From NCBI GenBank assembly GCA_027604505.1, contig JADIIX010000011.1, positions 1 through 64,000 on the forward strand: 64,000 nucleotides of DNA. The letters run 5' to 3'. The notes beneath the pieces were generated by a model. The model saw nothing but the letters and a program-made list of their open reading frames with translations, was not told the origin of the DNA and did no database searches. Of the stretch, positions 50,773 through 64,000 are shown piece after piece; position 1 is the stretch's first letter; every line of letters starts with the position of its first letter. Position numbers and translations under genes: made by a program. The stretch is from Gonapodya sp. JEL0774 (taxonomy: Eukaryota).

Positions 50773-52146
50773 TCAGCTGACGCCCTCTGCTCTGGCTCCG
50801 AGATCCCCCTTCTCTACCATGAGATCCAACAACTCATCAACCACAACACCTCCAACCACTCTTTGCCACATCTCCGCCGCCTGCACCATAGACTCCGCGT
50901 CGACGCACCAGTCAACAAGGTGCGAGAATGCGAGTTCAGCGGTTATGCGGCGGGATACGAGGTCGAGGAAAGGGGGAAGGGAGGGATGGATAGTGTGCGT
51001 GGAACGGAGTTTAGGCTGCAGGTTGGGAGGGAGACGGGTGGTTGCAGGGTAGGGGAAGGGTATAAAATTGAAAACTGGCGACCTGTGTAGAGCCCTCCGC
51101 CACTCCGCAGACTCGTTTCTATTCCAGACTGCTCACCCCTCACATCCTCATTTCTCACGTACCTCCTCTTCCCCTACCATTCCCTCCGCCTCTTCCCTGG
51201 TAAGCTCGTCCACCATCTCCCAGAGTAAAGCTTCGCTCATCTCTGCCTTCCAGGTAGTAATTACGCACACTTCTACGATCTCTCGCACAGCGATATCAAG
51301 GAGACGATGGGAGAGATGATGGGAGCGGTGGTGGAGGCGCAGAGTTTGGCAAAGAGATGAGATAGAGGACTTCGACAGCGGGCGCCAGGTGTGGTGCAGA
51401 AATACATCGTAACAGGCAAGCCGAGGAGATGAAGCAGGGAGCTTCCTTTAGTTCAACGAAGTCAAAGTAGTAACTGATGGGCCGTTCGGTGAGCTTACTA
51501 ACCTGTGCTGCGTCTGTACACTCGTCTGGAAGAATAGATTCAATGAGTGAAAGGGCGATGGAGGCCGCTGGATCGACAATTCTATGGCAACGTATAGTAG
51601 CAGCATTTTGCCGTGAGTTGGCTCGAAAGAGATTTGAGTGGAACCGTCCCCCGCGACTCACCGTGCCCGCATTTCACGTTCAGCGTCTGTCGCTGCTTCG
51701 AGTGTTATTCTCCTGATTATGGACTCGAGCAGTGTGTCTGCAAGGAATGTGAAGTCCAGAAGATGTGTGAAGGCCACTTCCTTTGTAACGAGGTGTTGGT
51801 AGTCAGACGGTTTCGGTCCATATCGTCGTGGAGGAGAAGATGCAAGTGGTTGCAGTGGGTCGAGAGAACTCTGGTGGTCGAATCGGAGAATTGGCTGTCC
51901 TGGGATCGATTGAGACCGGCGGCGTAAGTGATGTGGGGGGGAGAGCGATCGCAGGGGTCGAAAAATTTTCGTCGTAGGGGGAGACGATCCCAAATAGAAC
52001 TGATGGGTCAGCGGAATGCGTGGTCGATGATCACCAGAGTGCCGGCGGCGTCGATGGACATCGCGGACATCTGATTCCAAGTTCTGAGTGTATAAGTCGT
52101 ACTGGCGTGGATAAAGCGTAAGGCGTCGATCCGTAAAAGCATTCAT
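50773..52146 (-). CDS. Hypothetical alpha-helical protein, 4 exons
   Basis: Exons ~52146-51662, 51581-51503, 51370-51162 and 51015-50773 join in phase. There is an internal echo, EVAFTHLLDF / ELAFSHLVDW. No family recognised. Confidence 0.6.
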
Positions 52147-52538
52147 GGTTTCCAGCCTCTCCAGGTCGGCTTGGAATGAGCGTGTTGGATTGAAGGCGGG
52201 CGCGTGAGTAATCCAACTGAAACATCACCACTCCCCGATTTCGGGTGGTCACGTAGAGAATGTGGTATGGGGGACTGCTCATTGTAAACACGAATTGAAA
52301 TTTGTCCACTGAAGAGCAAATACTTGAGTCAAGTTTCTCATGACATCAACACTGGAGGGAAATGCAAGATGACTTGTGGTGTCCGGTTTAATCGAGTTGC
52401 TCTGAAGAGACGTTCAGGAAGTTTGCGAATTACTACTATTGCCTTGGTTGCCTCGGTTTCGCATTGTGACTGCCGCACGGCTCATGCGGTGACGTTTTGT
52501 GGGAGCAGCACTCACTCACAATTACAACGACAACAACA

Positions 52539-53635
52539 ATGGCAGCAACCGCTCGCGGTGGAAAGTCTGTAGCGACAGGGCTTTCCATTTCCTCAACGGC
52601 GGATCAACCCGCAGCTCCGTTTGAAATCACGGTAGATCTGAGACGGGTCGGTGTCATTGATGATGTCCTTATTGAATGACGCATTGCGGATCAGAGGGTC
52701 ACGTGAAGAGGAAAGAAATGGTAGCAAGAAGCGCCGTGAGAGTGATGGGAAAAAACTGGAGCTGAGAGATAATCCTGACTTCGGTTATGCTTTGCTTGTC
52801 ACCTTCTCCATGAAGCCCCCACCTTTCTATTACCCTCTTCGCCCCGATCAAGATACACTTACATGCTCAAGATGTCGCAGGGAAAAGGCCTACGCGATCA
52901 AGAACTACAGGAGCAGTGTTCTCAAAGGATTCGACTTATGCAAAAACAAAGCTGAGCGTGAGCGTTACGCCCTGGGTGTCATCTGCAACGACTGCAAAAT
53001 CAGAGACAGGGCTCAGGCTGAGAGGAGCAGCGTGGGGTGGAAGACCTGCCTATTGTGCACCATGAGGCTGAGAAACGACGTGGTGAGTACGGGGGCAGAA
53101 ACAGGTTTGGATCTGTCGTGGAGAGAGAGTGCCGATCAACTCGGGAGATTGCGAAGACAGTTTTATGAATGTTGGATCTCGATGACGCCTCGGACAAAAG
53201 GCGTACGGCGTGACACGTCTTCTAAGGCATCAGTTCACTTACATACTTCTCATGACACTCTGTCATCAACAGTTCTCTCCGGACCAAGTCAGAAACGCAC
53301 AACCGATCTGTCGTGAGTGCCATGATCAAGATCAAGAGGCAAGTTTCCTGTCGCGAGTGTCATGATCAAGATCAAGAGGTACTTGAGGGCATAAGTGATT
53401 CGGGGATTGGGGAGAGTCCTGTGGGACTGGGGAACACGGGTGGTGGGAAAATTCGACAATTGTGATGCGGTTATGGGGAAGACGGGTGAATGCCGTATCA
53501 CGACCGCTGGAACTGTTGTACCAGATCAGTTACGTGGATTCATTGGCTGTTGAAACCAATTCGATGATGCTACACAACCCTGACTTTCATTTCGATACTC
53601 TTGGCGCTCCATATTTCGAATCTTCCGGCCCCTAA
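52539..53635 (+). CDS. Stc1-domain-like tandem zinc-finger protein
   Basis: CSRCRREK.....YRSSVL...ICNDC...CLLCTMRLRNDV|FSPDQVRNAQPICREC, with an intron at 53084-53272. The 5' exon junction is uncertain, and the last exon (53525-53635) requires a GC donor at 53339. Confidence 0.65.
53309..53379 (+). repeat. Direct repeat, two ~31-bp copies, 40-bp period
   Basis: tgtcgtgagtgccatgatcaagatcaagagg / tgtcgcgagtgtcatgatcaagatcaagagg. Confidence 0.95.
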
Positions 53636-54063
53636 CTCACCTGAAGATGGCGGAGTGGCAAAAGGCCCACGAAGGCGGTTTAGGGGACGAGTGAAACAAG
53701 GGGGAGATGTAGTCTACACGAAAATGCAGAATTGTCTGGTTGGCAATTGCAGCATATTGTTGGATGAGAACTCATCTCGTTCTTCCACATGCCTGGATCC
53801 CAACTACATACACATTACAATATGTTTCTATATCCATGGCTGAGTGGTACCACAACCTCCGCCCTCGTTCCGACTTACTGTAAGTGCAATGCAAAAGAAT
53901 CGGGCTTTGATGATACGGTGATATTATGTAAGGGGCGAGTGATCCTGCCTGATAAGGTTCCGAGGCCCTGGGTACAGCCGAGTGGGCGAATGAGGAGCAA
54001 CGAACCACACAAAAGAACCTTCGATGTCAATTTGGCAATTGCACCAAGATTCTGACCACGAAT

Positions 54064-56346
54064 ATGGCGGGATCGCCTCCTACGTTGTGCCCCAGCCTCA
54101 ACCAACTTCCATCTCTCATTTGCGAGTCTATTGTTTCGTGGGTTGACAACCCGAATCAGCTGGTACTCACCACGAGAAGGTTCTGGGAAATTGGTAAAGA
54201 TCATACTATTCAAGTGAGGTGGTGTATGAGGAGGTAAGCACGGCATTTATCTTCTGTCGGGTGAGAACAATGCCAGTGATTGCACTGTTCATGTATCGCT
54301 CTCACTACAGATACGGCCGTTGTTACGATCTTTTTCACACAATTGCATTCCAACATTTGCGCCTCATGTCTCCGGGATTGATACTGGGCATGATAAATCA
54401 GGGTGCGATTATTTCGCGGTATGCGCTTCAACGAATTACGAGGATTGTGAGAACCTCGGACAAACCAAAGTGGCTAAATCCCGCTGATACCCATGGGTTG
54501 GAGACATACTACAATTGGAAAAATCGCTTACTCACTTTTCTAGAAGAAGAGGGAATGGCGAGATATGCATCCGAGGTAATAGAACAAACGAATCCTGTTT
54601 ACCAAGATCTCCGTTCTCACCAACTCTTGGATTGTCAGCTTCTGCACCACAATCCTGTTATGCAGTCCACCTTCCAGTTCTCTGATCCACAACCCACTGA
54701 TGTTCATGACATTGACGATATGGAGAGATTCCTGGACCTTGTGGGAGCCGTATCTGCACACAACGTGAATGGCCTGAGAGAGGTTCAGATAAGAATGCAA
54801 AAGAACAGCGAAGAGTTGGAGGAGCTCACGAAACGTTATGGATTCGTACCGGATGTTAAGAGATGGTGAGTCGCAAAGATCATGGTACCATACGCCTCTT
54901 GACAAGTGCGAAACCCTTCACTGTCACGACGCCACCAGGTTCATCTTCTACAGATGGCAGATTAAAAGTCGACCCGAAACCCTGCTCGAGATTTTCATCG
55001 CCTCCCCAAAGCTTGCCGCGGAATGGTGCGGTCTCGGGCTAGATTTGCGCACCATGACGGAGAATTTCTGGGTGACCCTCTTCAAACATGACCAAATTTA
55101 CGAACTGCTGAGCTTCGACGCCCTAGCGGGTATTTTGCGGACAATTAGCGTACCAGCGCACCGGATTCCTGGATTGCTCTTCAAAGTGCTTGGTGATGGC
55201 AGCTTCCCCGCACGCGAACTAGCTCAACGTTTCACTGTGATTGCGGAAGCTATGCCTCATGTGCCTTTTCGAGCACAGGCCCAGGTTGAGCTGTCAGAGT
55301 CTATGGAATCCCTCCATCCGACACTACTATGGGCTATGGCTATGGTGTGGCCCGAGATTGTGCGAGAAAGGGTCCGGGACATTCTCACACAATTTGTCAA
55401 AAACAGTCGATCGAACCAAGAGAACTGGGAAGATGGCTTGCTGATACGCCTCGTGCAAATGGTGGAGGAGGCTGAGGGTCCAAGATCCATGGTTAAAGTT
55501 GCAAGCGACCTCTTGATCCACGCTGTCACATATTCCGAACTACCCTCGCGAGAATGGATTCGCTACCTGATTCGAGTCGTTCCGGACTGGGAGGTCGCAG
55601 TTCTTTCCAACACCACCCGGCCTGTGAGCCATTGCAATCACACCCTCGTTCGAACTGTTTCCGCTGATATGGCGTTGTGTCCCGCTGAGGGTGGGCAGCT
55701 TGCATGGTACCGATTCTGCCCATTCGATCCGAGAAACATCATGGCGCAGACAGCGTTGACATATGCAATCTTGGATGCCGCGGAAAGGAGAGCACCAGAC
55801 CGTGTGGCAGAGAGATGGAGAAAGGCAACAGCAACAGCCAGTAGCGATGACGAAGACAACGCTTCGAGAAACCAAACGGACTTTTCAGCAGACGTTTTAG
55901 AATTCGCGGAACGAGGTGGTTGGTGGGTTACACCATATCACTTGCGTTTACTATTTAAGTGTGTTCAAGATCAGGGGATGCTGGCAGAACTGTATAGTGA
56001 TTCTAGCACAGACTCTGCGGAAGTGTTTGTCTTCCACAACTACGGAGCAAATGGACTGGAGGGACTTGTGGAGCAGATCCTTAGGATGGCACAGAAAACG
56101 TGGCTCGCAGTTCCTGCAGCAGATTGTAGGATTTACGTGGACGAGGTTCTTCGGGGACGAGGATTGAAGAATGCTGTCGGCGCGACATTGGGGGAGAAGT
56201 TGCAGGAGATGTGGTACCGTCAATATGTCGCATTGCTGAGAGATGTGAGAAAGATTGCACGGAAGTTTGGTGTGGAGATTTCTCCTGTCATGACTTTTCA
56301 GGAACGTTTGATTGACTTTTTAAATCGGCTTGCTATGACTGTATGA
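54064..56346 (+). CDS. Hypothetical protein with N-terminal F-box-like motif, 3 exons
   Basis: SLNQLPSLICESIVSWVDNPNQLVLTTRRFWEIGKD..IQVRW|LIALF..YGR..LFH..GAIISRYALQRI. In-phase introns at ~54224-54276 and ~54867-54938. Confidence 0.65.
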
Positions 56347-56955
56347 TTGGTTTGCAGATGTTTTGTTTTGAAAGGTCTTGACAGGACCGTATTTGCTCCG
56401 AACCATTTAAGAAAATGTGTACATATGTTTCATACACTGAGGAGGAGATGAGAATATCTTAAAAGTTCAGCATCGAGTGAGCACCAATCCACGAACACAA
56501 GTGGATGAGTAGTTTGTGAGCGAGGCCACATTACTGCAAAGATGAGATGAGAGCAAGCACGGGGCAAGAAAAGACACGGGAAAGGGCAGGCTTTGTACGA
56601 GCAGTGGCTCTGGTGCAGCTCCAACGTTCAAGACCGAGTCATTCGCACGGATGGTGACAGACCCATCACGAATACCCCTGGTAACCGATGACGAAAACGA
56701 GCGATACCACTCTCCAAATCTCTGAGATTGATCCCGCGTATCATTCGGTGGTCTCGAAGACGCCAATCAGATTTCAACACGGAGACCTTGCTTTCCAGCC
56801 AAAATGCGAATGATTATCCCAGAGAGTAGAGTTTCATTGAAAACGCATTCATTTTTGGATAGATGCGTGCCTGGCGATCGAGAATTAAATCATTTGAATT
56901 CGTTTGGAGCTGTGGACCCTGCCGATTCATGCTTGCTCCACCCTTGCAACAATCA

Positions 56956-59900
56956 ATGTTCTTGTACAACCTCACCCTGCAACCACCAACGGGCATAAAC
57001 CAATGCATAATTGGAAATTTTTCTGGCTCGAAGCTTCAGGAGATATGCGTGTCCCGAGGGGCCGGTACGACGATTGAGATTCTAAGAACCGATCCGCAGA
57101 CTGGAAAGGTTTCAGTCGTACTGTCGCATAATGTTTTCGGTCTGGTGAGGAGTCTCGTTCCATTCAGGCTTACAGGAGGGTCGAAAGGTGCGTTTTATTC
57201 TTTTGAATATCATACCAGTGGATGATGGGATCAGTGCATCGATGCCACTTCAATAACCTAGCGTCTCCACTCTCATACCTTCAGACTACATTGTCGTTGG
57301 ATCCGACAGCGGTAAGGTTACTGTCCTGGAATACAATCCGACCAAAAACATCCTTGAAAAGATACACCAGGAGACCTTTGGAAAGAGCGCAGTCAGAAGA
57401 ATTGTACCGGGACAGTACCTTGCCGCGGATCCCAAGGGACGAGCGGTCATGATTGGTATGCTTTCCTCTTGACTCAATGCACATTCGCAAACGTCATGCT
57501 GATGTTACATGCCGGAACGAACACATTCCAATCATCCAAACTTCATCGTTCTTCCACACGACCTTCCATTTTGGAACCAACAGGCGCGATTGAGAAGCAA
57601 AAATTTGTTTATATCATGAACCGCGACTCTCTTGCCCGCCTAACCATCTCCTCCCCTCTGGAAGCACACAAATCATTCACCTTGTGCTACGCACTTGTTG
57701 GCGTTGACGTGGGTTTTGAGAACCCCTTGTTCGCAGCTCTAGAGGTTGATTACCAGGAAGCAGACCAGGATCCTTCGGGAGAAGCGTTTGAAAATGCGGA
57801 GAAGGTCTGTTTATGTTCGTGGGTTTCCATCGGACAGTTCACTCATCGACTCTGTCCCCACCGACAGGTTCTAACCTATTATGAACTTGACCTTGGTCTT
57901 AACCACGTTGTCCGGAAATGGTCAGAGGCGGTTCCCGCGTCTGCCAACCACCTCATTCCTGTGCCCGGTGGCACGGATGGCCCGTCTGGTGTCCTTGTCT
58001 GCTCCGAGGGTTTCATCACTTGGTACCATCAAGGTTTCCCTGCAAAGCGGGTACCCATCCCCCGTCGGCCTCCCCGTAGGGATACAGATGGAGAAGAGGA
58101 CGAAGGAAACAAGCCACGGTTGATCTCGGCAAGCGTGGTCCACCGAATGCGATCATCGTTCTTCATTTTGGTACAGACGGAGGATGGGGATGTGTTCAAG
58201 TTACAGGTGGACCACCCACCCGGGGCGGGAGGTGACGTACAAGGAGTGACTGCAATCAGAATTAAATACTTCGACACGGTGCCAGTTGCGGCAGGTATGG
58301 TGCTTCTCAAGACCGGCTTTTTGTTCTTGGCGGCAGAGTTTGGCAATCAGTGAGAGTTGTGTTGTCGCTTCTGCTTCCTCCACGATTTGTCAACGCCATC
58401 CGAAAATAAATCCTCGGCATCACTCTCCCTTCAGCATCCTTTATCAAATAGAGAACCTTGGAGACGATGATACCGAACAAACTGACTATACGTCGCTCGA
58501 GTTTCCTGACCCTGATGAGGCCGAACCGGATGAAGTTGCTCCAATTTATTTCAATCCACGCGCTCTTCGCAATCTTGTGCCTGTGGACGAGGTTGACTCA
58601 CTCGCTCCACTCACTGACTGTACGATGGTGAACTTGTTACCGGGAGAGGACACTCCGCAGCTATATGCAATATGCGGGAAGGGAGGGAGAGGGAGCTTCA
58701 GGATTCTGAGGCATGGTGTGGAAGTGCAAGAAATGGCAGTTTCTGAGCTGCCCGGTAACCCAAATGCTGTGTGGACAGTAAAAGTCGATTCCAAAGGTGT
58801 GCAGATTTTACAGAAAGGCCAATTCACCTTGTGTCACTGATCATCATGTATCCCCAGCCGAGTTCGACTCATACATCATTGTATCCTTCACAAACGCCAC
58901 TTTGGTTCTCTCGATTGGGGAAACCGTTGAGGAAGTCACTGATACCGGCTTTATCGGCACGTCCCCGACTCTCGCTGTGACTCAGCTCGGCGATGATGCG
59001 TTGATCCAAGTGTACCCTCAAGGAATCCGTCACATTCGTGCGGATCGCCGGGTGAACGAGTGGAAGACGCCTGGTGGCAGGCATATTGTCAAGGCAGCCT
59101 GCAATTCGAGACAAGTGGCTATTGCCCTGTCTTCGGGTGAGATTGTGTACTTTGAGCTTGACGCCGGTGGCCATTTGAACGAGTATGGCGAGAGGAGGGA
59201 GATGGCCAGTGCGATATCGTGCTTGGCTTTGGGTGAGGTAGAGGAGGGCAGGGTCAGGAGCAAGTTTTTAGTGAGTTGAATGGAGTGTAACAGCGCGAAC
59301 TTGACTTCCGTGGTTCCTGCGCCTCGTCCATAACACGCATTTAGTCAGAATGAGGCTGGCCACATCGCCTGGAAGTCTTAAAATTCAACTCATCAGCATC
59401 ATCTTGTGAACCAGGAATATTCTTGTTCGCAATCCGCGCCTTTGAGTTGTGAACCAGGAATATTCTTGTTCGCAGCGCGCCTTTGAGTTTCTCGCTGTTA
59501 ACTTGCTCCACCGCCCATACTATTCGTGATATACAGGCCGTCGGCTGCCTGGACCAGACTGTACGCGTTCTTTCATTAGATCCAGACACGTGCTTACAAC
59601 CTGTCAGCATGCAGGTTGGTTGGACTTTTTGCTCTTTGTGTGAAATCAATTTCCATTCCTGAAGTTGGCTCTGTTCAGGCCGTGAATGCTATCCCGGAGT
59701 CTCTTCTAATCGCAGCTACCGCTGACAACACGTCTTCCGCATCAACAACATCCACATTGTACCTTCACTCTGGCCTTCAAAATGGAATATTACTCCGAAC
59801 TGTGCTTGACAATGTTACCGGTCAACTTTCGGACACGCGCATGCGTTTTCTCGGCGCGAAGGGAGTGCGTCTATTCCCCGTAAAGGTGCAAGGGCAATCT

Positions 59901-61856
59901 GCGGTTTTGGCTCTTAGCAGCAGACCCTGGCTTGGATACATGTGGAATGACCGGTCCCGAATGGTACCCCTTTCGTAAGTGTGAAAAGAAATGAGCTGAC
60001 AGTTGACGATGGTGTCCGTTTGACTCTTTGTTTCTTGACAAGATACGAACTGTTGGAATGGGGATCAAGCTTCTCCAGTGAGCAATGTCCGGAAGGAATA
60101 GTTGCGATTTCTTCCAACACACTGAGGTACGATGACTTTTGTGGTGTTACCGTGCATGCTACGAGCAAAAAAAAAATACCCTACACAATAGGATTTTGAC
60201 CGTTGAGAAACTTGGCAACACGTTCAACCAGCAGGTGGTACCGCTACGATACACCCCAAGAAAGCTTATGTTGCATCAGCCTTCCAATAAGTTTGTAACA
60301 ATCGAGAGTGAGCACAGGGCGTTAGCTCTAGATGTGCTTCGTAAAGAGGTGAGTTTAATTGATTTATGCTGGATTCTTCACTGGAGCCCTACACCTTCTC
60401 ACACATCCATTGTCAGGCGGAAGAGGACATGGATACTGAAGACGGTGCTGCTGACACTGGCATTACCGACTACCCTTTGCCCGCAGACCATTTTGGTATC
60501 CCCAAGTCTGAGGCGGGGAAATGGGCCAGCTGTGTGCGCGTGATCGATCCACTCAAAGGAGAGACCACAAGCTTAATTTACTTGGAGGAAAATGAAGCAG
60601 CGTTCAGGTACTTTCTCTCAAATGTGTTATTGCTTTTGTGTTCACATCTCTTAAAATTATCAATGTCTTCGAAGTGTATGCTCCGCTACTTTCTACTCAG
60701 ACCCAACTGAAACATATGTGTGTGTAGGGACTGCCAAAGATGTCACGCTTTCACCTAGAACGTGCTCGAGCGGATTTGTTCGGTTATACAAACTAGGAGC
60801 TGACGGCAAATTGCACTTCGTGCATGTGGTGAGCTGGGCAACTCCCCTTTTGGTAAGCAGTCAACCGATGTACATTTCTGACACCAGCACCATGCCAGAC
60901 ACCAATCGACGATGTTCCTCATGCCTTATGTGCTTTCCAAGGTCGTTTACTGGTAGGAGTAGGCAGGATTTTGAGAATATACGATCTCGGTCGAAAGAAA
61001 TTGCTTCGGAAGTGCGAGAACAAGGTTCGTGGATGTTTATGCAAGGGGTACTTCCTCTGGGCGATTGAACTTTGGGCTCCGTCCTTGTCTAGCAAATTCC
61101 CACCTGTATAATTAGCTTACATACGCAAGGCGACCGAATAGTCGTGGGCGATCTCCAGGAGTCTACCTTTTACGCATCTTACCGAAGACAAGATAATCGC
61201 ATAATTGTCTTCGCCGACGACACGACCAATCGTTACACAACTTGCACTACGATGGTCGATTATGACACCGTGGTAGGCGGGGACAAGTTTGGCAACTTTT
61301 GGGTAGCAAGACTGCCTTCGGATGTTAGCCAGGACTTGGATGATGACCCAACTGGCAATAAATTAGTGTTCGAGAAGGGAGTGCTCCAGGGAGCTGCTTA
61401 CAAGGTAGGCATGGAAACCCCCGCAACTTCTATTTGTTTGACACTCAACGCGTCGCCGGGTTTCAGCTCCAACGTATCTGCGAATACTTTGTTGGAGACA
61501 CCCTCACATCCATCACAAAGACCGCTCTCGTATCCGGTGGTCGCGATATTTTGGTTTATACATCTCTGTTGGGATCCGTCGGGATGTTTGTGGCATTTCA
61601 ATCGAAAGAGGATGTTGATTTCTTCCAGAATCTGGAATTCCATATGCGAAGTGAATTGCCACCAGTGTGTGGCCGAGACCATCTCGCTTACAGGGGCTCC
61701 TTCATTCCAGCGAAAGGGGTCATCGACGGGGATTTATGTGAGCAGTTCTCTGTACTTCCGTGGGAAAAGCGAAGCCAGATTGCAGAGGAGCTCGACCGGA
61801 CAGTGGCGGAGGTCATGAAGAAGCTTGAAGACATGCGTGTGCGAGTAGCTTTCTAG
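56956..61856 (+). CDS. SF3B3: Splicing factor 3B subunit 3 (Rse1/SAP130)
   Basis: [130 protein letters not shown]. Confidence 0.98.
59404..59487. repeat. Intronic tandem duplication (two ~42-bp copies) with an imperfect palindromic core
   Basis: ttgtgaaccaggaatattcttgttcgca..gcgcctttgag occurs twice inside an SF3B3 intron (~59272-59537). Confidence 0.9.
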
Positions 61857-62017
61857 GAGCATGCAATCCTCAGGATTGGAGAGTGTAATATAATGCGCAT
61901 GTGTGAAACACATGTTCACCTCAAAGAATCTGATCGCGCTCCCAAATTATTGTCGTTCTTTCACTACCTTCACCATCAAAACCACCGCCTTGGGAGCACG
62001 ACGCGTAAATTGCCGCT

Positions 62018-64000
62018 ATGGAATTCCGATGGACAGCTCCCGATGTCCATACAGGACCGATCCTCTGTGTTGCTTTCAACCCTCTGCGTAGAGAGCTGCA
62101 CACAGGCGGTCAAGGTGTGAATCCCACTCTCTTCACATACGTAGCGGTCTCTCTGAATAATCGCTCTTCACCCTGAATCCCACGATCGTCAAGACACTCG
62201 GTTGAGAACATTCGATTTCGAGAGTGGAAAGCTGTTACACACCGCAAATGAGCATACTGGATGGATTACCGCGCTTGTATTCTGCCAAGATCTACGTGTT
62301 CTTATTAGTGGCTCGGTAGACGGACTCATTTGCGTGTGGGGTGGTGGTGGGAAGCTGTTGAGTGAATTAGAACATCAGACCAATGGGGACTCTCAATGTC
62401 TAACCGTATTCGTCCCATCAGTTTGCAAAAGATCGACACAAACTCTCCTATTTTTAGCATGGCGTTTTCGGCCCGCCGTCAGCACCTCATGATTGGTTTC
62501 AGGGAGGGCAGAATCCACATGTATCAAGCAACTTCTCCGGACGATGCTCGTGCGACTGCGGACGGTATAGATGTTCTGGAAATTTGGTTCAGCGAAGAAA
62601 CAGCGCACTGTGACGTTGTGTCCTGTCTCGTCACGCTTGAGGGCAGATTCTACTCTGGAGGTTTCGATGGCAAACTCATTATTTATGATACGCCATCTCA
62701 CTCAAACGCGCTCACGCAATCGCCACCTCCTCAAAAGAAAATGCAATCTGGGCATTCTCTTCATTATCCTTCTCAGACGCAGATGAGGGTACTTCACATA
62801 GTCTCGAATGCGCATGATGCAGGCATCACTCATATGTCGGTCTCGCTAGATGCCGAAACCACTTGGTTGATCACAGGCTCTTTTGATAAGTCCGTCAAAC
62901 TATTCTCTCCGGATGGAAATCTGCTGATGAGATTCGACGGGATGAATACCACGGTTACCGGTTGTTGTTATGTTAGAGCTACTGGAACAGTGTGGTGTGC
63001 TGGAGACAGTCCGTTTCCTTTGGTGTTCGAGGCGCGATCAGGTGTTAATGTTACGGATTTTGTTCAAGGACCGCACGATCCCAAGATTCTGGAAATGGCG
63101 GGCGTCGTGGGATCTGGACAAGGGCCTGGATCTAGACTCAGCTCAGCACGCTTAAATGGACAGTCGTCGGCAACTTCCCGCTCATCAAACAGTGTCGGTT
63201 CAGGTCTTGGATTCAAGCGTCTGCTTTATGTTGAGGAAGGCGCGTGTATCGTAGGAACCGCCGGGCGAAGGTTGATTTTATGGAGATTCAACCCTGCTAG
63301 TAGTGTGAGCACACTCATTGCCGCAGATGCACCGGTTGAAGCAGTCACTTATAGTATGTGATTGTGAACTTGTGCTACTGTCAAAATTCCATGCTAATGG
63401 ACACGAACCACATTTCAGCTGCAAAAGAACCACTACTTATATTTTCCGCCGGAGGAGACTCAGTGGTGAGAAAGTGGGAGAGACTACAACTCAATGCTTT
63501 CCTTTACGCCCAGGAGCCACTCACATTGCCTCGCGAACTAGTAGTTCAAGACAGTGGAAAAGACCTCGGCTCGTATTTTGCAACGTCGTCTGAAGTGAAT
63601 GAAGATTTCGCAAAGGCTTCTTCAAAAGGTTCTCGACGAAGTGGTTTGACGCGCAGGCGGCGAAAACACAGCTTGCTGGTCGGTGGATCCCCACCGTTGA
63701 CGAACCTCGGTCATGAGAAGCATCAGCATTCAGAACAATCTAAAACGGATTATTTGTTCAACACTCACGGATGGGCGCGTGCTGCGGCCCGGAAGCAGCA
63801 CCCCACCTGTCTGACAATTCTGTACTATGAACAGATGGACATTCTGGTCGCTGGTTACGAGAACGGCAGGGTCGTTGTCTATGGCTATAGTGATGACAAT
63901 TTGACACGAAGCTCTATTGCTTCTGAAATGGTCGACCGCGGACAAGCATTATTATCTCAGAGTTCAAGGAGTGGCTCAGCCGATATTTTACGTCCTCCCA
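62018..64000 (+). CDS. WD40-repeat protein (5' part; continues beyond the window)
   Basis: MEFRWTAPDVHTGPILCVAFNPLRRELHTGGQ|DTRLRTFD; EHTGWITAL..LISGSVDGLICVW; AHCDVV..YSGGFDGKLIIYD; AHDAGIT..LITGSFDKSVKLF. Confidence 0.88.

Noticed and set aside
56430..56770. Minus-strand ORFs upstream of SF3B3
   Set aside because: No recognisable domain and the longer ORF lacks an ATG start; probably terminator/promoter sequence.

Overview
This is a gene-dense, intron-rich eukaryotic window with GT-AG introns mostly 50-100 nt. It is most likely from an early-diverging (zoosporic, chytrid/monoblepharid-like) fungus; this is an inference from fungal-type AA9, RSE1, VMA21 and LTO1 genes occurring together with DCAF12, an EHD-type ATPase and a Spt5 with C-terminal KOW domains. 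I reconstructed about 24 spliced genes by hand: a MacroD-type hydrolase, two F-box-like proteins, a PB1 protein, a J-protein, a Baeyer-Villiger monooxygenase, a Ubc4-like E2, a CodA-like amidohydrolase, a class II aldolase, a DUF2420-like protein, DCAF12, SPT5, uronate dehydrogenase, EHD, VMA21, LTO1, a Stc1-like zinc finger, SF3B3/RSE1, a partial WD40 gene, two hypotheticals and two secreted His-brace proteins. Main result: the two secreted enzymes lie about 20 kb apart. One is a canonical AA9 LPMO and the other is a short LPMO-like domain that I cannot place in a family. They carry 2 and 4 copies of the same unrecognised ~125-aa, two-Cys, beta-rich module, and 5 of the 6 copies share one intron position. 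The module is a candidate new carbohydrate-binding or docking module. Between the two genes is an intron-containing, proteobacterial-type uronate dehydrogenase (probable HGT), suggesting oxidative galacturonate catabolism in a fungus. I found no rRNA, tRNA, CRISPR array or transposon. Exon boundaries are manual predictions, and family calls come from recognised motifs, not database searches.
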